Of a DNA stretch of 64,000 nucleotides, positions 58,387 to 64,000 are shown piece by piece (position 1 is the stretch's first letter; every line of letters starts with the position of its first letter). Source of the DNA: a virus (taxonomy: Duplodnaviria; Caudoviricetes); the IMG/VR virus record IMGVR_UViG_3300015214_000031, positions 10,694 to 74,693 of that record. One strand, written 5' to 3'. The translations under genes and the position numbers were made by a program. The notes beneath the pieces are model-generated. The model searched no databases. It saw only the letters and a list, made by a program, of their open reading frames with translations, and was not told the DNA's origin.

Positions 58387-58896
58387 TTAGGAACTAAATC
58401 CACCTAGCCGAAACAATTGGTCCCCAACTGCACGAGTATCATCTATAAGACCAACAAACTTACAGCTAAATACTCGCTGAGTATCAGCCGTAAAAGCAAT
58501 TTCAACTGCCTCACCAATATTAGGTGCAGCTTTGTAAATCTGATAAACCTCAGAACCATCAGTAGGTTCCAAAACAAGTTCACCAGTAACAATATCGCCA
58601 CCAACCGGCCTACCAAATTCCAAATGATCTGTTTTATCCAAATAAGTAGAAAACAAAATCTTTACGTTTGAAAAAACATTTTCTGTCATATTAACTGTTA
58701 CTTCAATACGAATTCCAGCATCTTTCACTTTCAGCGGAATTTCACCGTATTGATCCGATTTCAACTCATAAACATTCTGAGTGATGCTGACAGTAACACC
58801 CCCGTAGGTGTGCCCAACATGAACCCCTTCCCAATACACATAACAAGGTCCGAGTTCAATATTGTCAGAATCAAAAGCAAGTGCATAAAGTGCCAT
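58387..58896 (-). CDS. Major tail (tube) protein
   Basis: IELGPC.VYW....VGHTYGGVTV; position upstream of the chaperones and TMP. Confidence 0.75.
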   Translation of the reverse strand: MALYALAFDSDNIELGPCYVYWEGVHVGHTYGGVTVSITQNVYELKSDQYGEIPLKVKDAGIRIEVTVNMTENVFSNVKILFSTYLDKTDHLEFGRPVGGDIVTGELVLEPTDGSEVYQIYKAAPNIGEAVEIAFTADTQRVFSCKFVGLIDDTRAVGDQLFRLGGFSS

Positions 58897-58908
58897 TAAT
58901 ATAGCCTC

Positions 58909-59142
58909 CTAAATTGTTGTAACGGAGTTACAATCTCTGCATTTAAAATCAATTCCCATTCGCCCCTGTTTGAATTTTTCTCCGTCAACATAACCAACAA
59001 TGGAGTTGCAAGGTTCATTCTCTTTTTTCCAGAGTTTTCTACCGCACATTTTACAGTATCCCTCTGAATGAATGTCCTTACAATGGTCACATGATTTAAT
59101 AATACCCTTGCAAACAATTCTAACCTTACTATATTTATACAT
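58909..59142 (-). CDS. Small multi-Cys zinc-ribbon protein
   Basis: ATG 59142 with SD GAGG; CDHC, CKMC, C..., CRDC. Confidence 0.6.
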   Translation of the reverse strand: MYKYSKVRIVCKGIIKSCDHCKDIHSEGYCKMCGRKLWKKENEPCNSIVGYVDGEKFKQGRMGIDFKCRDCNSVTTI

Positions 59143-59169
59143 ATTCACCCTCATCATCAACACTTTGAA

Positions 59170-59199
59170 AGTATAAAATAGATAGAAAGGAAAACGCAA
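59170..59199 (-). promoter_or_regulatory. Sigma70-like promoter internal to the tail operon
   Basis: TTGCGT-N17-TATACT on the minus strand (coordinates approximate to within 1 nt). Confidence 0.6.
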
Positions 59200-59217
59200 C
59201 TTTTAGCAAAAAATTTA

Positions 59218-59682
59218 TTATTCTACAAAAGCTGTTCGTGAGAATACTTCTTTCAACAAAAGGGAAACATTTCTAACATACAGTGGTTTCGTGGGTGATC
59301 CCTGATTAACTCCATCCATGACCCCATTATTCTTTACAGTAAGAACCCTCCAATTAGTTGTAGAAAATCCTGAGTTATGCTCATCTGCTTTAAAAAGCTT
59401 TAACAATCTTTCAGCTATTTGATTAGCTAATGTTTTATTTAAAGCTACTATTTGAAAATAATAATAAATATTTCCACGTTGACTATAAAATGAGGATTGA
59501 TAAGGAGTAGGAACTTGATTATTTCTATAGAAAATAGCAGCAGGAAGAGTTGATCCAAAACTCACTGGAATTGGAGGTTCCCATTGATATACTCTAGGAT
59601 CATTAACACTGTATCCTGTATATCCAGCTATGGTTGCATCGGCTTTTATTTCATCAATTATATATTTATCTATTTCAAGCAT
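59218..59682 (-). CDS. Tail terminator/completion protein
   Basis: Position after the gp10-like gene; RVY...P....LPA....FQI.A....A..IA...L pattern. Confidence 0.6.
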   Translation of the reverse strand: MLEIDKYIIDEIKADATIAGYTGYSVNDPRVYQWEPPIPVSFGSTLPAAIFYRNNQVPTPYQSSFYSQRGNIYYYFQIVALNKTLANQIAERLLKLFKADEHNSGFSTTNWRVLTVKNNGVMDGVNQGSPTKPLYVRNVSLLLKEVFSRTAFVE

Positions 59683-60379
59683 TGTGTTTGCTCACATAAA
59701 TTCTGAAGTAGATAGGAACTTTCCGTTTCATGGTTTTTTCAATGTCAGATCTTAAATCTTTACTCAAATTCTTTCTAAATTCTTCAACAGCTTCTTTCAT
59801 ACTAGGACCAAGAAAAGGTCTTGGAGCAATCAAACCTCCATCGCTTCCATGTTCTAAAATATTTGCATATTCTGCAATAGAAGTTCTTTTTCCTTTTTCT
59901 TCATCCACAATAACAACATCAAAAAGTTCTACCATTTCACCTGTATCTGGATTTCTTCTTTTATATTCTTTCACCATTCTTACGGTTGGATATTTTCCAC
60001 CTTCAGCCATTGACCAAACACCAATTGTCACTGAAAGATCTGAAGTCATTCTATATTCAATAGCATTTCTTAAACTAAAACTAAAAGAAGCTGGAAATTC
60101 ACTTTCATCACTTGAAGTATGGGTAGCAAGAATATTACCACTTTTATCTACATAAGTATAAGTTCTACCTGATCCAGTAGTATTAGAGATATTCTTTCTT
60201 GCTTTATCTACTGCTTTTTTTCCCAATTCATGAAGATGTTTTTTTACATTCCTTTCAGTGACATCAATTAATTTTTTAACTCTATTATCAAGCCACTTCT
60301 CTAATGCATTCCTTTTCTTTAAAACAGCTCCTATGGAAGCTCTAGCTTTAGCAAAATCATCTTTGTATCCAGCAGACAT
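59675..60379 (-). CDS. HK97 gp10-like neck/tail completion protein
   Basis: PA......LRNAI, YA.ILEHG....APRPFL.P. Confidence 0.7.
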   Translation of the reverse strand: MSAGYKDDFAKARASIGAVLKKRNALEKWLDNRVKKLIDVTERNVKKHLHELGKKAVDKARKNISNTTGSGRTYTYVDKSGNILATHTSSDESEFPASFSFSLRNAIEYRMTSDLSVTIGVWSMAEGGKYPTVRMVKEYKRRNPDTGEMVELFDVVIVDEEKGKRTSIAEYANILEHGSDGGLIAPRPFLGPSMKEAVEEFRKNLSKDLRSDIEKTMKRKVPIYFRIYVSKHNA

Positions 60380-60380
60380 T

Positions 60381-60551
60381 TTATTTTTTTACCTTAATGT
60401 TAGTTATTTCAAATTCATAATCATTATCAATAATAATTCTGTATTTTGCTAAAACTTTTACATCATCCAAACAAAGTGCTTTCATAATTATTGGTGGAAA
60501 ATCCAATTCAGGATAATTAATTGATTTATAAAAAACTTCAAATGCAATCAT
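60381..60551 (-). CDS. Hypothetical protein
   Basis: Likely ATG at 60551 overlapping the upstream TGA. Confidence 0.4.
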   Translation of the reverse strand: MIAFEVFYKSINYPELDFPPIIMKALCLDDVKVLAKYRIIIDNDYEFEITNIKVKK

Positions 60552-60919
60552 CCTTCTTCTATTGAAAGAAGACATAATTTATGATTTTTCTTTCCTGTAG
60601 TTGCTCTATGAACAGGATTCACTGAAACAACATACAGTGTTGAAGGATCAAATTCACTACAAACTATTTTATCTCCAACTTTTACATCTTGATCTTTTTT
60701 AAAGTTTCCAAGATAAAGATTTTTAATATCCCAACCTTCAACATTCAAATTAAATTTAGAAGAAGTGATTACATATTTGTTAATGTAACATTTTACAGAG
60801 CTATACAATGGGTCATCACCATCATCAGGAGAAAAATTTCCATAATCATCTCCTGAAGCTTCCGTGATAGTTTCTCTGTAAATATCACACACCATTTTTA
60901 ACATTGAATTAATACTCAT
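60548..60919 (-). CDS. Head closure/head-tail adaptor protein
   Basis: D.YGN......SVKCY...DVKVGD+I...V..V pattern; position after the connector. Confidence 0.6.
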   Translation of the reverse strand: MSINSMLKMVCDIYRETITEASGDDYGNFSPDDGDDPLYSSVKCYINKYVITSSKFNLNVEGWDIKNLYLGNFKKDQDVKVGDKIVCSEFDPSTLYVVSVNPVHRATTGKKNHKLCLLSIEEG

Positions 60920-61572
60920 GCGAAACTATGCCTTTTAAATCTCATAAGATTATGAAAAACAAAGGGAGATATACTCAAAAATTTTGAAAGTTTATTTGGA
61001 TCTGCTTTAATATATTTGTAATTATCCAACTGTTCTGAAATCATTTCACTGTCTGATTCAACATCTGAATCATATATCTTTTTTGTTATCAAATATTGTA
61101 GATTTTGTAATTCTTGATATTTTCTATGACTTGAATTGTAACCACCATTCCATGCTACTTTAACATTCTGATAATAACCAGGATCAAAACCATATTCATA
61201 AACAAGTTTTCCAGATTCCTTATAAATAAAATATCCTTCATTATCATCATAATCGGATGCAGCAGAGATAGTATCATCTGAAATTATAAGTGTAGTTATA
61301 GAATTCACAGGGTATGTTGGAAACCAGAAAACAGTGCCATTCGGAGGATCAAAAATTGAATATTGTTGATCGTAATCATTTGATTCAGAATCATATGTAT
61401 AATCTCTAGCTTTTAAATTTCTTCCACAAATCTCTTCCATCATTACTGTTACAAAGTTAATAATATTTACCAATCTAAATCTTTCATCCTCATTGGAAAC
61501 TTCAGATTGATAAAGCATTTCAAAAAATGCAATATCTATAAAAGAATTTAAAGTGACTGTTAAATTTGACAT
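60916..61572 (-). CDS. Head-tail connector (gp6/gp15-like)
   Basis: MEEICGR.L...Y, YPVNSIT, V.WNGGY, SEQLDNY.Y. Confidence 0.65.
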   Translation of the reverse strand: MSNLTVTLNSFIDIAFFEMLYQSEVSNEDERFRLVNIINFVTVMMEEICGRNLKARDYTYDSESNDYDQQYSIFDPPNGTVFWFPTYPVNSITTLIISDDTISAASDYDDNEGYFIYKESGKLVYEYGFDPGYYQNVKVAWNGGYNSSHRKYQELQNLQYLITKKIYDSDVESDSEMISEQLDNYKYIKADPNKLSKFLSISPFVFHNLMRFKRHSFA

Positions 61573-61581
61573 TTCACCCTC

Positions 61582-61908
61582 TTATGTTATCTGAGATTGA
61601 TTTAAAACTTTATAAGTATAAGATTCATTTTTCTTTTCACCACCTACATAAGTTGATTTTACAGTCACTCTTCGTTCCTCATAAGCATTGTAAGAATTAA
61701 TAATGGCATTATCAGCAGAAGCCAATGTAATCTCAATTGAAGTGCTCAAGTCATCAATGCTTGTCTCTTCTTTTACTTCCTGCTTATTTGTTTCACAATA
61801 AATTGAGTAAGTAGCAGAAACAGGACTAACTGAATTTCCATCCTTGTCATAAAAAGAAACAACCAAATAAGCAGTATCTTTTTCATCTACAACTTTTGAT
61901 AATGCCAT
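61582..61908 (-). CDS. Ig-like virion structural protein
   Basis: Beta-strand-rich E..TAYL.VSF.D.DG..V.P.SATY.I pattern. Confidence 0.45.
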   Translation of the reverse strand: MALSKVVDEKDTAYLVVSFYDKDGNSVSPVSATYSIYCETNKQEVKEETSIDDLSTSIEITLASADNAIINSYNAYEERRVTVKSTYVGGEKKNESYTYKVLNQSQIT

Positions 61909-61926
61909 TTTATAAACTCCTATTTA

Positions 61927-62472
61927 TTAAGCACCGTCATCAGCAGCAGAAACAGTATAAGTAACATTCAATGTATCACCAGATTCTACATTCTTACTGG
62001 AAGAAAACAGTGCCGAACAAAGGAGAACACCACCACCAGCAGTATCTCCTTTTGTATTCACATTTACCAATGCGGCACCGTAAATGGTTTTGGTTGCATT
62101 AATTGTAAATGCAGCTTTATTTGCCGAATTAGTAATAGATTGACCAGAACTTGCTGCTTCATTATATTCAGGTCTTGTAGCCTCATCATATGCAGTTGAT
62201 TCTGTATAACCAGGGACAGCATAAGTATGAGTTGCCAAAGGGGTAGTATTTGATTCAAAAATAGCAACATACCAAGTTGCAGACGCATCATTATGAAGAG
62301 TAGAATCAAGAATCTTATCCAAACCCTGATTTGTTACAAGATTCTCTGCCAGTTCAACCCATTTCAAATTTCCTTCTTTGTCAAAGCATTCTACAATAAA
62401 CTTTCCACCAACTACAAAACTGGATTTTACTTTAAATAATTTCTTTAAAATATTTTCAATGATTTTTTGCAT
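61927..62472 (-). CDS. Virion structural/fibre adaptor protein, paralogue of 41561-42076
   Basis: G.F...C.D..G.LKW...NLVT..G, YDEATR, ITNSAN.A.FTIN, GDTLNVTYT. Confidence 0.6.
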   Translation of the reverse strand: MQKIIENILKKLFKVKSSFVVGGKFIVECFDKEGNLKWVELAENLVTNQGLDKILDSTLHNDASATWYVAIFESNTTPLATHTYAVPGYTESTAYDEATRPEYNEAASSGQSITNSANKAAFTINATKTIYGAALVNVNTKGDTAGGGVLLCSALFSSSKNVESGDTLNVTYTVSAADDGA

Positions 62473-62483
62473 CTTTCATTCTC

Positions 62484-63998
62484 CTAATTCAAATGAAATG
62501 TAGTTGTTCTTTTTTTCAAAGTAAACGTAATTTTCCTTGATTTTAAAGTAAATGTCATTTTAACAGCAGGATTAGCTCCCTCTTGAGTGACACTGACAGC
62601 AACGGTTTCACTTAATCTCATTCCATCAATAGCAGTAACAGAAAGATTAGCAACCAAAGATAAAATATCTGAAAATGAAAATTGATCTGAAACTATTATA
62701 TTAAAATCCATATCTGTTTTAACTTGATCGGAAACAATGAGATTATCCAATATGGATTTAAAAGAAGATAGTAAATAAGTTGATGAATCAGACATATTTA
62801 TATTATCAGAAGAATTTCCTAAAAATACATTGGAAAGTGAAGTAGAATCAGATAAAACTATTGATTCTAAACAACCAATAATAAAGTTCCCTATTATAGA
62901 AAGAGAGTCTGATACCTTAATTCCATCTAGTATTGAAACATACAGATTAAAAACAATAGAATTTAAATCACCAATATTGATTGTATCTGAAAGAATTGGA
63001 ACTAAAGTTTGAAAAGGACCAGTATAATCATTCAATTTAAAAGTGTCTGATCCATCAGCTTCAATATCAGATCCAGTAGTTGTTCTATCTTCTAAAATAA
63101 TTCCATCGGTAATCTGTAAAAGAAAATTAATTAAAACAGAATTATTATCCGAAACATTAATACTGTCTATTAAAGAAAGTTGATAATCAACAGTTGATGC
63201 AGAAGAATCACTTAGATTAATAATTTCGGAAGAGTTAACTTCCAAACTTACAATTAAATCGTTAGAATCAGAAATACCAAAGCCATCAGACAGAGATTTT
63301 AAAATATTCAAAATCCTTGTTATATTATCAGAAAAAACTACACCATCAGAAGCAGAAGGATAAAAATAAATTTGTGTAGATGGAACATCAGAAAATTTTG
63401 ATCCATCCAATACGGTAGCCATCAGTACAGCATTTCTTGTTGCAGAATCTCCTATTTTAAATCCATCAGAAATTGAAGATATTAAAACAGTAGATATGTT
63501 AGAAGAATCACTCAAATTAAACGAATCAGATGCAACTAAGTTTAAAATTTGATTAGAAATAGAACTATCAGTTAATGTAATTCCTTCAGAAAGAAGCTTT
63601 AAAATATTTGTAATCTTTGTATTAGAATCTGAAAAATTAAAACCATCTGAAATTAATGCTTCAATTAATTTACCTATTAATGAAGAATCAGATAGATTTA
63701 ATATTTCATTAAGAATTGAATTTAAAACTGCTATTTTAGTATTAGTATCACCTATACTAATACCATCAGTTACAGTAGCCTCAACCGTCGTCCCGCCCGC
63801 CGCCAGCGGCCCGGCTTCAAAATTATCGAATGACCCGCTGGTATCGAGGGCAAGTGCAACAAATCCCTGGTACGTATTTGCGGCTCCATCCGATATGGTA
63901 GCCTCGTCAAGATATGACCAGCTCCCGGATATCTCCTCGTAGACCGTTACCAGGTCATCGGCGTCTATTGTAATCTTGATCCGTCTGTCAACGACTCC
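62484..63998 (-). CDS. Long fibre-like protein with about 20 degenerate 20-aa repeats and an N-terminal globular (lectin-like?) domain; 5'-partial
   Basis: The frame stays open from 63998 to 62484 (the track's TTG at 63515 is internal). Repeat xx[DE]xhxh[SG]Dxxxxxxhxxx; Ser/Asp-rich. Confidence 0.75.
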   Translation of the reverse strand, partial: GVVDRRIKITIDADDLVTVYEEISGSWSYLDEATISDGAANTYQGFVALALDTSGSFDNFEAGPLAAGGTTVEATVTDGISIGDTNTKIAVLNSILNEILNLSDSSLIGKLIEALISDGFNFSDSNTKITNILKLLSEGITLTDSSISNQILNLVASDSFNLSDSSNISTVLISSISDGFKIGDSATRNAVLMATVLDGSKFSDVPSTQIYFYPSASDGVVFSDNITRILNILKSLSDGFGISDSNDLIVSLEVNSSEIINLSDSSASTVDYQLSLIDSINVSDNNSVLINFLLQITDGIILEDRTTTGSDIEADGSDTFKLNDYTGPFQTLVPILSDTINIGDLNSIVFNLYVSILDGIKVSDSLSIIGNFIIGCLESIVLSDSTSLSNVFLGNSSDNINMSDSSTYLLSSFKSILDNLIVSDQVKTDMDFNIIVSDQFSFSDILSLVANLSVTAIDGMRLSETVAVSVTQEGANPAVKMTFTLKSRKITFTLKKRTTTFHLN

Positions 63999-64000
63999 CT

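Noticed and set aside
432-62309. Numerous short antisense or alternate-frame ORFs in the track (e.g. 432-710, 11267-11716, 31315-31659, 50565-50753, 54325-54654, 59730-60155)
   Set aside because: They are nested within long, motif-bearing ORFs, have no SD, and show the F/S/L/I-rich composition expected from the reverse of K/E-rich genes.
63513-63515. Start codon of the repeat protein at 63515
   Set aside because: It is an internal TTG (Leu); the frame is open to the window edge.
1-64000. Stop-codon reassignment (code 15 or 4), as in some AT-rich phages
   Set aside because: Very long ORFs are intact under code 11, and genes end in TAG or TGA with correctly placed downstream starts and ATGA overlaps.
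1-64000. CRISPR array, diversity-generating retroelement, invertible tail-fibre cassette or integrase
   Set aside because: No regularly spaced repeats, reverse transcriptase, near-identical TR/VR pair or recombinase motifs were seen; the J paralogues are too diverged at DNA level.

Overview
A 64-kb segment of a large, AT-rich (roughly 28-30% GC by eye) tailed dsDNA phage (Caudoviricetes, long non-contractile siphovirus-type tail), read with the standard bacterial code. It has two convergent arms that meet at a terminator near 28.36 kb. The + arm (1-28.3 kb) is the DNA replication, recombination and nucleotide-metabolism module. It encodes a UDG-like/family A DNA polymerase fusion, UvsY-like, SSB-like and RecA-like proteins, a resolvase, a split SbcC around SbcD, a 5'-3' exonuclease, a DnaB-like helicase, an SF2 helicase, a primase and a dCMP deaminase. 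It also carries an HslV-like Ntn peptidase, tRNA-Leu(UAA), a GH24 lysozyme and an AAA+ ATPase/DUF1257/DUF2997/DUF3150-like operon. The ATPase gene in that operon is interrupted at its Walker B motif by a 310-nt ORF-less group I intron. The - arm (28.4-64 kb) is a late operon. In transcription order it has a 20-aa-repeat fibre protein, head-tail joining genes, the tail tube, frameshifted tail chaperones, a 1898-aa tape measure protein and lambda M/L/K-like tip genes. Then come two paralogous J-like tip proteins, accessory fibre/lectin genes, an 11.4-kb block of 14 soluble glycosyl-, methyl- and sulfotransferase-like genes, and holin/lipoprotein-like lysis genes. Highlights are this 14-gene block (candidate virion glycosylation system), the intron, the duplicated tail tip, a shared C-terminal KRxLL[IA] tag, and an in-frame high-GC domain swap at the right edge. 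No integrase, CRISPR array or reverse transcriptase was seen. All family assignments come from motif recognition by eye, not database searches.
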